This document shows, piece by piece, positions 48,426-58,220 of a stretch of 64,000 nucleotides of DNA. Each line of letters starts with the position of its first letter. The first letter of the stretch is position 1. The notes below the pieces were generated by a model. The model saw only the letters and a program-made list of their open reading frames with translations, was not told the DNA's origin and made no database searches. Where the stretch lies: the NCBI GenBank assembly GCA_027310185.1, contig DAIDBH010000007.1, positions 13,891 to 77,890 on the forward strand, in the 5' to 3' direction. The position numbers and the translations under genes were made by a program. This DNA comes from Thermoplasmatales archaeon. Its GTDB lineage: Archaea; Thermoplasmatota; Thermoplasmata; Thermoplasmatales; Thermoplasmataceae.

Positions 48426-48776
48426 CTCTATATTTGGTTTTTTCAAATTTCATTATTTTACGGAATGTCTCAAGCCTTCAATTCTTATTATTCTTTCCAT
48501 AACGAAGTATTATTTGTTTGGAGTAACCTAGCTCTGGCTTGAGAACTGCCATAGGATGTGAGTCGTGCTCAATCTTCATAATATCATAAAACTTGTGGTC
48601 ATTTGAGAAAGCAGTTCCTAGGCATAAATAGACCCATTTACAAACGAAGATGTTTTTTTGATATTTTGAGGCACTGACTGCGACCTCGTATTTTTTCTTG
48701 ATTGTGCTGCCTTAAACCATTGTTTTGCATTTTTAATTTCAGCATCCTCAGAACCACAAATCTTTTATGAACATGC

Positions 48777-49337
48777 ATGGTGACTATAGTTGTGAAAGCA
48801 AAAAGCCACTTGAAGACCATATCTATTCTGGTGGTAATTATATTCATCTTAGCTTTAACATCAGTGGTACTGTTTCAACCAGTAACAGTGAAAAGCTCTG
48901 ATCTAGAAGAGGGAATCTGGACTGTTGATGAGAATGAAACGTATGCTTACTATGGTTTGATGTTTATATTTTATTCTTTAAATTACACCCATATATCTGG
49001 AATGATAAAATCAAATTCGACTGGATACCAGATATTTCTCATGACCCCGGGACAGATGTTTGAGTGGTTGAACGAATCCAACAGGTCTGTATGGAAGAAC
49101 AAAGATATTCGTGGAATGTTGAACGAAACAGATCCAATAGGAACAGCTACAGTGACAACAAATTTAACCCCACACATCTTCCTGAATAGCGAGGGAGGTT
49201 CCGGGAATTTAGAGCTGTCGTGGAACCTCACTACAGAAAAGAATTATGTACTTTTATTTATCAGCCAACGGGGAACTGATCAGGTGCTGTCAATTAATTC
49301 CTACCTGAAATTAAGCTACACACAGAGTATAATTTGA
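48777..49337 (+). CDS. Membrane-anchored extracellular hypothetical protein
   Basis: N-terminal TM, several N-x-S/T sequons. Confidence 0.65.
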   Translation: MVTIVVKAKSHLKTISILVVIIFILALTSVVLFQPVTVKSSDLEEGIWTVDENETYAYYGLMFIFYSLNYTHISGMIKSNSTGYQIFLMTPGQMFEWLNESNRSVWKNKDIRGMLNETDPIGTATVTTNLTPHIFLNSEGGSGNLELSWNLTTEKNYVLLFISQRGTDQVLSINSYLKLSYTQSII

Positions 49338-49412
49338 ACTTTAAGTTCAGTCCGGAACAATACAAAATTATATGATTTCTATTCAGAAAATCCTTATTAA
49401 CTTATCAAGGTT

Positions 49413-50300
49413 ATGAATATCATGAAAGCAATCCTTACAAAGAATGAAAATGGAGAAGAGCAGATCAGACTGGATCTTGCGTGGGAGTTATTTTTTCCCG
49501 GCAGCAAGGGAAAACACCCACATTACAGCGACCTGCTTTATCCCTTTACAAACTGGCTATGGACAGTTCTTGGCAATAAGTCAGGATTCATGAGGGAAGA
49601 CAGTGATGTTCCCATAACATTCAAGATCCCGGATATGGAAGGGTCTGCTCTTATGTTCATCGTGAGAATACTTTCAATGTGGTTTGATGAAGTAATCATT
49701 GACGATGGAAAGCAACAGGATAAAAATCAATGGACATTCCCAGTAACAAATGTTTATGATGAAAAACTTGACGAATCTGAGATGGCACAGCAGGTTAAAG
49801 GGGACGGATACAGCTTTAGAAACCTGATGCCTTTACTTGGACCAGGAAGAGTCTTTCCAACCGTTGAGCTTCTTGCACCTGGACAGGTTTCTGCAAGGTT
49901 GCATTCCCATTCCTCCATAGATGAGTACTATCTCATACTGGAAGGAAGTGCAACCCTGAGGATGGGCGGAAAGACAAGAGTGGTAAAAAGCGGGGACTTT
50001 ATCTCAAAGCCTGCCGGACCTGATCTAACAAGCCAGATAATAGCTGACCAGGGAAATCCAGTAAGAATCCTCGACATTGAAGTCCATATTAATGCAGATC
50101 CAAGAACAAAAGAGGTTGTTCATTATCCAGATCATGGTGAGATATTGCTGCACGGTCATGGATGGAGTTCAATAATTCCAGATAGTGCATTGATGAACAC
50201 TGACGAATTTGAGAAAAATTATGAAAGAGGATATTTCAGAAAGAGGGATGGAACATGGGAATCCAAAGATATTCCAGGATATAAAAAAAGAAATGATTAA
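49413..50300 (+). CDS. Cupin-domain protein with unknown N-terminal domain
   Basis: PGQVSARLHSHSSIDEYYLILEG cupin motif 1, GDFISKP, YPD. Confidence 0.8.
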   Translation: MNIMKAILTKNENGEEQIRLDLAWELFFPGSKGKHPHYSDLLYPFTNWLWTVLGNKSGFMREDSDVPITFKIPDMEGSALMFIVRILSMWFDEVIIDDGKQQDKNQWTFPVTNVYDEKLDESEMAQQVKGDGYSFRNLMPLLGPGRVFPTVELLAPGQVSARLHSHSSIDEYYLILEGSATLRMGGKTRVVKSGDFISKPAGPDLTSQIIADQGNPVRILDIEVHINADPRTKEVVHYPDHGEILLHGHGWSSIIPDSALMNTDEFEKNYERGYFRKRDGTWESKDIPGYKKRND

Positions 50301-50348
50301 ATGAATTGCTTCTTTTTCAGATTACTGAAAATCTTGTTTTTCAATGAA

Positions 50349-51128
50349 TCATATTTCAATATATTGAATCTCACTGTCTTCATCCGTGATTCTTGTTATT
50401 GATTTACTCATCCTTGTTTTAATTATATTCTCATAATCCTTATTCATCTCTATTCCAATTGAATTTCTTTTGTAAAATTCTGCAACAACAGAAGTCGTTC
50501 CAGATCCTAGAAATGGGTCCAGCACAGTGTCCCCTTCAACAGTTGAGGAGAGGATAACTCTCTTGAGCAACTCAAAGGGTTTCTGTGTTGGATGATTTCC
50601 AGCCCACTTTTCACTCTTTGGTGTCACAGGGATCGACCACATATTCCTCATCTGCTTTCCTTCGTTGAGTTCTTTCATTGCTTCGTAATTGAATACCCAC
50701 TTCTCCCTGGAGTGATTCTTCACCCCCCATATTAAATGTTCAGTGCTTTCTGTAAACATTCTTGTTGTTATGTTAGGTTGTGCATTGGGCTTGAACCATA
50801 CAATACTGTTGTTAATTTTCACATCCAGATGCTGCATGATGAAACCCAGTTGGTAGATATTGTGGAATGAACCGCATACCCAAAAGCTTCCTCCTGGCTT
50901 CAGGACACGCAGTGATTCGTTTATCCACTTCATGTTGAATTCAAAGAGCTGGTCCTTTGTAAATATGTCCCATGCTTCCTGCATGGTAACGTGGCTGCTG
51001 TATGCCCACCCAAGACCCTTTGATTTTGACATACCATATGGAGGGTCAGCAAAAATCATGTTTACGGAATTTTCTTCCAGTTTCTTTAAAATTTCCAGAC
51101 TGTCTCCAAAGTATATTTTATGATTCAT
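50349..51128 (-). CDS. Beta-class amino (N6-A/N4-C) DNA methyltransferase, DpnA/CcrM-like
   Basis: FADPPY, GSFHNI, WFKPNAQPN, GKQMRN, HPTQKP, LDPFLGSGTT. Confidence 0.92.
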   Translation of the reverse strand: MNHKIYFGDSLEILKKLEENSVNMIFADPPYGMSKSKGLGWAYSSHVTMQEAWDIFTKDQLFEFNMKWINESLRVLKPGGSFWVCGSFHNIYQLGFIMQHLDVKINNSIVWFKPNAQPNITTRMFTESTEHLIWGVKNHSREKWVFNYEAMKELNEGKQMRNMWSIPVTPKSEKWAGNHPTQKPFELLKRVILSSTVEGDTVLDPFLGSGTTSVVAEFYKRNSIGIEMNKDYENIIKTRMSKSITRITDEDSEIQYIEI

Positions 51129-51444
51129 CTTACCCTCTTATCCTATATTTCTGTCTCTCCTGTTAATTTCATTTTACCCGGCTTATCAACCCGAAATGAA
51201 CTGGAATTGCTCAAGGATTTATAGCTTTCCTGTAAATGTATTTACCCATTCCTCTTTCTCATCTTCATCTACTGGACAGGGATTTATGTAATCAACCTGA
51301 ACTATTCAACAGGCACCGGGCGAAATCATAATAACTTTTCACTGCGGGTTGTTCTGGGGAATCAAGACCTGTGTTTTGGTGATATTAAATATTAATATTG
51401 CAGTTAAAATCCACTGCAAGATATACTTGCAGCCAGAAGATTTT

Positions 51445-52241
51445 ATGGAGAAAAACAGGAAGGCATGGGATGAGGTTGTGCCCATACATAGTAGCCACAG
51501 AACAGGAGAGGCCCAATTCTTCAAGAATGGCGGCATTACCCTGGACAAGATTGAACTTGGAATCCTGCCAGAACTCATGGGAAAAAAGTTGCACATCTAT
51601 GCTGCAATTGTGGTCAGGATATCCTATCGCTTGCGAATCTTGGAGCAAAGTGTGTGGGATTTGATTTTTCAGAATCTGCAATCGAACAGGCAAAGCACCT
51701 ATCAAAGGAATCTGGAATAGAAGCAGAATTTGTCAAAGTTAATGTTCTTGATATCCCAAAACAATTTAATGGGAAATTCAACCTTGTCTATATAAGCAAA
51801 GGGGTTCTGGTATGGCTACCTGATGCCTGGAAATTGATGAGGTCTGCATCCAGGATATTGGTTGCAAGTGGAAAGCTATTCATCTATGACCAGCATCCAT
51901 TCGTACACCTCTTTGACTCAGATGATCATGCAGATTTAAGGATAAAGTTTGACTATTTTAGGCATAACCCATATGAATACAAGGGGTTGGATTATATAGG
52001 TGGAACAGTCTACGATGCTTCCCCAAATTACCAGTTTATGGTTAGGTTGAGCGATATTATTAACGGTATCTGTGAAAATGGAATGAAAATAGATCTCTTC
52101 AGGGAATTCAAACATTCCAAGTTTCAGAATTTTCTCGACATGATAAAATGTCAGGATGGTCTTTACAGGTTCCAGAATTATGATAATGTGGTGAGCATAC
52201 CATTAATGATGGCAGTTGTGGCTACCCGGATCCAGGAATGA
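51445..52241 (+). pseudogene. Class I SAM-dependent methyltransferase split by a -1 frameshift
   Basis: MEKNRKAWDE...GKK continues in the -1 frame as VAHLCCNCGQDILSLANLGAKCVGFDFS; junction at A AAA AAG (51582-51588). Confidence 0.85.
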
Positions 52242-52271
52242 GGCCACAGCAATGTGAGTGGATCTAAAAAC

Positions 52272-53195
52272 CTATATGAAGTTCCAAACATTTTCGGAAT
52301 AGGGAATCAGATATTTCACTATTACCTCGTTTTTCGTCTCCTCTGCCACCTGGTATAAAATCTTATAGAACTCATAAAGAACGTCAGTTGGAAGAAAGAC
52401 TGCAACTTCTATCTTTCCTGACAGCAACTTGCCAAAATAGGCTATCCTCATTATGTGCTGTTCATTTGCCCTGTTTCTTACTAGAAAGGGAAAAGGACTT
52501 CTCAATTCCATCTGGTAGAGATGGCTACTGGAATCAATGATTTCAAGGTCCTCTACAGGCATATCACAGAAGACAATAGTGTTTATATCTCCTTTTGCAG
52601 CCCCGCTGCTCTTGACTTCAGCAATTATCCTTGGACTGTCAGGTATTTCCCTGGCGTGTATATCTTCCCTGTTGATTGGCGTCACATAGGTTACAATGGA
52701 AAGTGGATAATCCATGTTTATATCATCCATCAACTTCATTATGCCTGGACTTGGGCCAAGCCATCCAATTCTTGCATTTTTGGAGTTGGGAGCATACTTT
52801 GATAGCAGTGCTGAGACCTTTTCTATCTGGCTGCTGTGGAACCTGGCATAAACATTTAGAAACCCGTCCTTCATGTCAGAACCGTTGATTATCAGGGAAG
52901 GAATTTCCACGAGCCTGTCTATTAGAATAAGTTCCTTTTCATCACTTATGGGTGAATCCACGACATATGACATCTCCCTTTCGGAAGCATTGAATTTATT
53001 CAGCAATAGATTGAGCTTCTGTATTTTACTGTTCTTTGGAAAATAAGTGCTCAACCACGTTCGTCCGCCTTTGTCATAAATGAATACAGGGAGTTTCATT
53101 TCGAGATCAGCAGTTGCCTTGAAAAACTCCGTATCCTGTCTGACCTTAAATTCCAGATACATGTCTAGAGTCTTATCTATCTCCCTTATGTACAT
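52272..53195 (-). CDS. ~310-aa paralogue family member 1 (probably Ta1207-like)
   Basis: Colinear with 54647-55576; WLGPSPG motif shared with the family. Confidence 0.7.
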   Translation of the reverse strand: MYIREIDKTLDMYLEFKVRQDTEFFKATADLEMKLPVFIYDKGGRTWLSTYFPKNSKIQKLNLLLNKFNASEREMSYVVDSPISDEKELILIDRLVEIPSLIINGSDMKDGFLNVYARFHSSQIEKVSALLSKYAPNSKNARIGWLGPSPGIMKLMDDINMDYPLSIVTYVTPINREDIHAREIPDSPRIIAEVKSSGAAKGDINTIVFCDMPVEDLEIIDSSSHLYQMELRSPFPFLVRNRANEQHIMRIAYFGKLLSGKIEVAVFLPTDVLYEFYKILYQVAEETKNEVIVKYLIPYSENVWNFI

Positions 53196-53581
53196 ATCAT
53201 GTTATGCATTTCATGGTTTTAATTCTTTTTAAGTAATTCTATAAAGATCACTTCATTATAGTGAACATTTTTCCTTAAATAAATGCCGGCTAATCCAGTG
53301 ATAAAGCAATACTGTAAAGGAGTTTATCATTATTGTTGGGAGTTACATTGAAAAACAATCCTGAATATTTTTAATTAATTATTTTAAGCCGATAATTATA
53401 ATTAGAATATCCGTAAAATTTAAAATGGACTTGAAAAGAAAGTAAATTAGCTTACCCAAGATTTCATGAAAAATTGAGAAAGGTTGCGGTGAGAGTCATA
53501 AAGTATCATGATGAATTATACAGTTGTAAGCTGTTGCAGTTGTAAAAGACATATTATACTAGTAATGAATGCAATTGTTAT

Positions 53582-54514
53582 ATGGGGATAGGCGCTGAGT
53601 TTAAGGAACTAGACGTTCTCGACTGGAAACTTCATATCTCTTTTTCTCCAGAATCAACCATAACAAGAGCCTCCAGAAAACTGAAAATAAACTCAGAAGT
53701 TGGATTGTATTTTGACGGTGAAAATACTGAAATAAACCTCTTTTTCCAGAACAGGAGGGAGATGGAAAGGGACCTGAATATATTCCTTCGTGAGTCTGAT
53801 GGTTTTCTTGAGAACGAAGTATGGAGAGTCAGAAGAAATATTGTGAAAAGATTTGATTATATTGAACTCATAAAATCACTTCTTGATATTCCCACATTTG
53901 TCCTGATATCAATATGGATCAGGGACGGAATTTTTCATACGGAATTTCTCTTTAACAGCACACAATCAAAGAAAGCTTCTGACATCATTCTTGGACAGTT
54001 AAGTGAGATGGCAGAGGGAAAGCTGGAATATGTTGGACCAAATAATGGTTTTTCAGAGATTTTAGAGGAGATAGACCAGCGCTGCGAACTTTCGGTTGCA
54101 CAGTTTGAACTACTTCCACCGGCAAAGGAGATGAAAATGCCTGAGAACCCAATGGGTGATCACTGGTACAGGATCCTTAAAAAACCCTATGGTACCGATC
54201 CCATAAGGGGAGTCTATATAATGACTGAACAACCAACCATGTCGGATGTTCTCACTGAGGTTATAAAAGACAGAGTTTATGAGGCTACAACTGACAATGC
54301 TTTTCTTTCATACTTTGTTTCAGAAATGCATATGAAGAGAATACCAACCATAACAGCAATCCAGAAGCTAGACAAGCCGGTATTCCTCCTGTGGATTGTT
54401 TTTCCATCCCTGTTCAGGAATGAAATACTCAAAATTGCATCTGATGCGAGGGGGGACCTGCCAAACTGGCATCCTGCACTGAAATCACTGGCTTCCCTGA
54501 AGGAGATAATGTAA
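53582..54514 (+). CDS. ~310-aa paralogue family member 2
   Basis: LDVLDWKL, SEVGLY, YVGPNNG, NPMG..W.RI.K.P. Confidence 0.7.
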   Translation: MGIGAEFKELDVLDWKLHISFSPESTITRASRKLKINSEVGLYFDGENTEINLFFQNRREMERDLNIFLRESDGFLENEVWRVRRNIVKRFDYIELIKSLLDIPTFVLISIWIRDGIFHTEFLFNSTQSKKASDIILGQLSEMAEGKLEYVGPNNGFSEILEEIDQRCELSVAQFELLPPAKEMKMPENPMGDHWYRILKKPYGTDPIRGVYIMTEQPTMSDVLTEVIKDRVYEATTDNAFLSYFVSEMHMKRIPTITAIQKLDKPVFLLWIVFPSLFRNEILKIASDARGDLPNWHPALKSLASLKEIM

Positions 54515-54646
54515 TTAGTTCTGCCACTCTTTCAAGGTATTTTTGTTTCTTACCACATCTTATCTTATAGTTTATAAATTATAATATTAATATATATTAT
54601 CCGTAAAATAATAATAAACTCTTTAATAGTATGAGAATATGAGATC

Positions 54647-55576
54647 ATGCATTTTGCTGACATCGACAAAATCTTGGATAGAAGGATGGTCCTTACAATG
54701 AAACAGGATAACGAGATCTTCCAGGCATCAAAGGAGATCGAAGCCAGGATACCCATAAACATCCTTGAGGAGGATGATAAAAAATACATGCTCATAAATT
54801 TTCCAGGTTCCTTCGGTGAAGTACAGAAAAATAAGATATTCCTGAAAAAGTATGAGGCAAAAAATATAGGATCTCATTACGTGATTAAGGAGAGAATCAA
54901 CCATGTTGATAAATGGAAATATATCAATGAAATCATGAATGTGCCATCAGTGGTCGTCAACAGGATAAACCTGAAGCAGGGGCTTATTGCTTTCTACTTC
55001 AGGTTTCACCATTCAGTGAAGAATGTAATTTCCAATATCCTGTCCAATTATACGGATGGGGAAGATGGGTGGATAGAGACAATGGATCAAACACCCGGAA
55101 TATTGAAAATTCTTGACAGGCTGGACCAGTTCTATTCTCTCGGCATGATTCAGGTTTCCGTTCCGCTTAGTGAGGAGGAGAGGAAAGAAGTTGGGTTTAT
55201 CAGGGATGACTTTATAGGTGAAAGCAAGAATAACTTCAGATCAGGAAATGGCATAAGTGCGATCGTTTATACGGGAGGAGTCGTAAATAATCCTCATCTG
55301 GATGAGATTGACGGGAATTATGGCCTTTATTCAATGAATCTTGAAGACCAAACTCTTCTTGGATGGAGGGAAAAATTGAACACAATACCGGTAATCAGGT
55401 TCAGGCAGTTCGTTAGGATTCGAAACAATGAACTTCATATACTTACACTTCTCCCATATTCTCAGATAGATCTTGCATACAGGACCTTTGTTGAGGAGAT
55501 AGGTGAAATTAACAGGCATGATGCAACCCTGGATTTTGCATCAAAATATGACAGGAATATAATACTGGATTTCTGA
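54647..55576 (+). CDS. ~310-aa paralogue family member 3
   Basis: Colinear with 52272-53195 (ID..LD, QD.E.F.A, VPSVVVN, RFH.S, PGI). Confidence 0.7.
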   Translation: MHFADIDKILDRRMVLTMKQDNEIFQASKEIEARIPINILEEDDKKYMLINFPGSFGEVQKNKIFLKKYEAKNIGSHYVIKERINHVDKWKYINEIMNVPSVVVNRINLKQGLIAFYFRFHHSVKNVISNILSNYTDGEDGWIETMDQTPGILKILDRLDQFYSLGMIQVSVPLSEEERKEVGFIRDDFIGESKNNFRSGNGISAIVYTGGVVNNPHLDEIDGNYGLYSMNLEDQTLLGWREKLNTIPVIRFRQFVRIRNNELHILTLLPYSQIDLAYRTFVEEIGEINRHDATLDFASKYDRNIILDF

Positions 55577-55667
55577 AATTCTTCATATAGCTTAAAATCC
55601 TTTTGATAAAGGTCCCATTTTTTAAACAGATTTAAAATATTCCCTACTCATTCATTATCTGGTTGGA

Positions 55668-56843
55668 ATGAATGTTGATGAAGCTATAGATAAATTATTT
55701 CCAAAGATAATTGATCTGTCTAAAAAAATTTACGGTTATGCGGAACTTGGAAGCGATGAAATAAAATCTTCAGGTGTACTGGCAGGTTACCTGGAAGAAA
55801 ATGAGTTCAGGGTTGAGAGAGATTACAGGGAGATGAAGACAGCCTTCAGGGCAGATAATGGCCATAAGGGATTGAGGGTTGGTCTTCTAGCGGAATATGA
55901 TGCACTTCCTAACGGACATTCATGCGGGCACAACCTCATTTCAGCATGGGCTGCTGGAACTGCCGCTACGCTAAATCTCCTGGGAGAGAATTTCAATGTA
56001 AAGGTTTATGGAACACCTTCAGAGGAGGGCATTGGTCCCTATGCAGGAAGTAAATGCCTGCTTGCAGACATGGGGGCATTCAAAGATACGGATTTTGTCA
56101 TAGGTGTACATCCTGATGATAGGTGGGCCGTGGGATCCAAAGCACTTGCTGACATGACACTTGAGCTGAGATTCCACGGAAGGTCTGCCCACGGGGCCGA
56201 TTCTCCTGAAAAGGGCATAAATGCACTGGATGCTGCTGTTGCAACATACAGTGTAATAAATAGCCTGAGAGGGTGGGCAAAGCTGGATAAGCATCTTGTG
56301 ATTGGAATGATTTTCACGGAGGCTGGAAGGGCAACAAATGTGATCCCTGAAAGGGCGACACTGCAGGTAGAGATGAGATCAACATCCACAGAATTCCTGG
56401 GTAAATTTGAGAATAAGGTGAGAGATGCTGCCATGGGAGTTGCATCAGCATATGGCGCAGATTTAACAATAGAACAGGTAACGCCCCTCTACAAGACATA
56501 CATAAACAACAGAACAATTAATTCATTATTGAAGGAAAATCTTGCAAAAATGAAGATTGATGCAGGTGATGCTGGTTCAGAAGCAGGTTTTCCTTCTGGA
56601 AGCACGGACGAGGCAAATGTAAGCTGGGTTGTACCAACAGGACATCTGGATTTTCCAATAGGTTATGCAGGAATTCCGGGACATTCAGATGAGTTCAGGG
56701 ATGCAGCTAACCCTGATAAGGCTGGAAATAACCTGAAGAAGGCCATAAAGGCTACAGTTCTCACAATCCTGCAGATTGTTGACGAAAATAAGATAAAACA
56801 GATAAGGGACGATTTTCAGAATGGTGACAGCAATGAACAGTGA
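55668..56843 (+). CDS. M20 family amidohydrolase (AbgB/ACY1L2-like)
   Basis: AEYDALP.GHSCGHNLI, GTPSEE, GINALDA, GSTD..NVS. Confidence 0.92.
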   Translation: MNVDEAIDKLFPKIIDLSKKIYGYAELGSDEIKSSGVLAGYLEENEFRVERDYREMKTAFRADNGHKGLRVGLLAEYDALPNGHSCGHNLISAWAAGTAATLNLLGENFNVKVYGTPSEEGIGPYAGSKCLLADMGAFKDTDFVIGVHPDDRWAVGSKALADMTLELRFHGRSAHGADSPEKGINALDAAVATYSVINSLRGWAKLDKHLVIGMIFTEAGRATNVIPERATLQVEMRSTSTEFLGKFENKVRDAAMGVASAYGADLTIEQVTPLYKTYINNRTINSLLKENLAKMKIDAGDAGSEAGFPSGSTDEANVSWVVPTGHLDFPIGYAGIPGHSDEFRDAANPDKAGNNLKKAIKATVLTILQIVDENKIKQIRDDFQNGDSNEQ

Positions 56844-57786
56844 ATTCAATGAGGTAAAGGAGATAATTGCCCCGCCGCACCTGTCTCCGGGAGATGATAT
56901 AAGGGTGATTGCACCGGCCAGTGCACCCGACATGAAGAATCTGTCCAAGACCATTGCAAGGCTGTCAAAGCTTGGATACAGGGTATCACTTGGAAGAAAC
57001 ATAAGGAGGCTTGTGCAGAGAAATTCCCTTGCAGCCCCCATGCAGGACAGGGCCCAGGAGATCATGGAAGCGTTCCAGGATGATTCTGTAAAGGCAATTG
57101 TCTGTGCAAGAGGTGGTTACGGTTCAATACACGTATTGCCTTTTCTGGATTATGACGTTATCAGGAGTCATCCAAAAATCTTCATGGGATACAGTGATAT
57201 AACAGCGCTCCACATGGCATTCAACAAGCTTTCCGGACTTATCACCTTTCACGGACCCATGGCTGCATCCGATCCTGATGAATTCCATAAGTCTTCGTTC
57301 AAGCTGCTAGTTGAAATACTTGGTGGACAATCCAGTGATATTTCTGGCTTCGTTGAGAATGTTGTTAAATATATTCACAAGGGAAAAGTTGTTGGAAGGT
57401 CCCTTGGCACTAACATATCTGTTGCCATTTCCCTCATAGGGACACCATATATGCCCTCAACAGAAGGAAGGATACTCTTTGCAGAGGATACTGCCATTAC
57501 TTCTGGTGATCTTGACAGGTATTTTTCTGTGCTCAATTTGACAGGATATCTTCAGGCTTTTGCAGGTTTTGCATTTGGTGAGTTTAAGCAGATCAACAGC
57601 AATGAAGAACCCATGCCCTATATTGAGGATATTATCCAGCAATACATGGATCAGATGAAGAAACCTTCCATTTATGGGCTTCCCTTCGGCCATGGAGAGG
57701 ATCAGATGCTGATTCCACTCAATGCAAGAATGTCCATATCTTCAGAAAGACCTTATGTAGAACTGGAACAGAGCATAGTGAATTAG
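56833..57786 (+). CDS. S66 peptidase (LD-carboxypeptidase/MccF-like)
   Basis: ARGGYG, GYSDITA (Ser), FHGP, LFAED (Glu), FGHG (His). Confidence 0.93.
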   Translation: MNSEFNEVKEIIAPPHLSPGDDIRVIAPASAPDMKNLSKTIARLSKLGYRVSLGRNIRRLVQRNSLAAPMQDRAQEIMEAFQDDSVKAIVCARGGYGSIHVLPFLDYDVIRSHPKIFMGYSDITALHMAFNKLSGLITFHGPMAASDPDEFHKSSFKLLVEILGGQSSDISGFVENVVKYIHKGKVVGRSLGTNISVAISLIGTPYMPSTEGRILFAEDTAITSGDLDRYFSVLNLTGYLQAFAGFAFGEFKQINSNEEPMPYIEDIIQQYMDQMKKPSIYGLPFGHGEDQMLIPLNARMSISSERPYVELEQSIVN

Positions 57787-57885
57787 CGAACGAAAGAAGA
57801 AAGAAATCGTTCCCTAAAAAATTAAGTGTTCCTATAGGTTGTGTTCGAATCTAGATTTGTGGAGTCTGGAATACAGGTTAAAATT

Positions 57886-58077
57886 TCAGTCCCTGTAATC
57901 CTCGACCTCTTCAAGCGATCTGTTCACAAGATCAACCAGTGAGGTTGAATCCTGCATGTCATGGAACCTCTGGGCATGTGCCCTTGCATGCTCCTCTACC
58001 TCTTTCCTTGTCTTTGCCGTGACCTCATAATCGCATTCCTTTCCTGTTGTCCTGCACCTGAATCTGAACTTTGACAC
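57886..58077 (-). CDS. DUF1059-like small metal-binding protein
   Basis: FRC..TG.EC...HA...H. Confidence 0.8.
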   Translation of the reverse strand: MSKFRFRCRTTGKECDYEVTAKTRKEVEEHARAHAQRFHDMQDSTSLVDLVNRSLEEVEDYRD

Positions 58078-58220
58078 AATGGACTGTAAACAGAACCATG
58101 TTAAAAATTTTGTTATTCAATCTCTATTCAATACTGGAAAATGAAAATTTCCCGCGAATCAATATCTTAAATCCCTGAATCACTTCATAAGTGTTAAATT
58201 CGTTGAAATCAATTACATCC

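Noticed and set aside
48259-48453. 64-aa minus-strand ORF
   Set aside because: Antisense to tRNA-Lys
48425-52241. Possible second island downstream of tRNA-Lys
   Set aside because: No integrase and no duplicated tRNA 3' end found by eye
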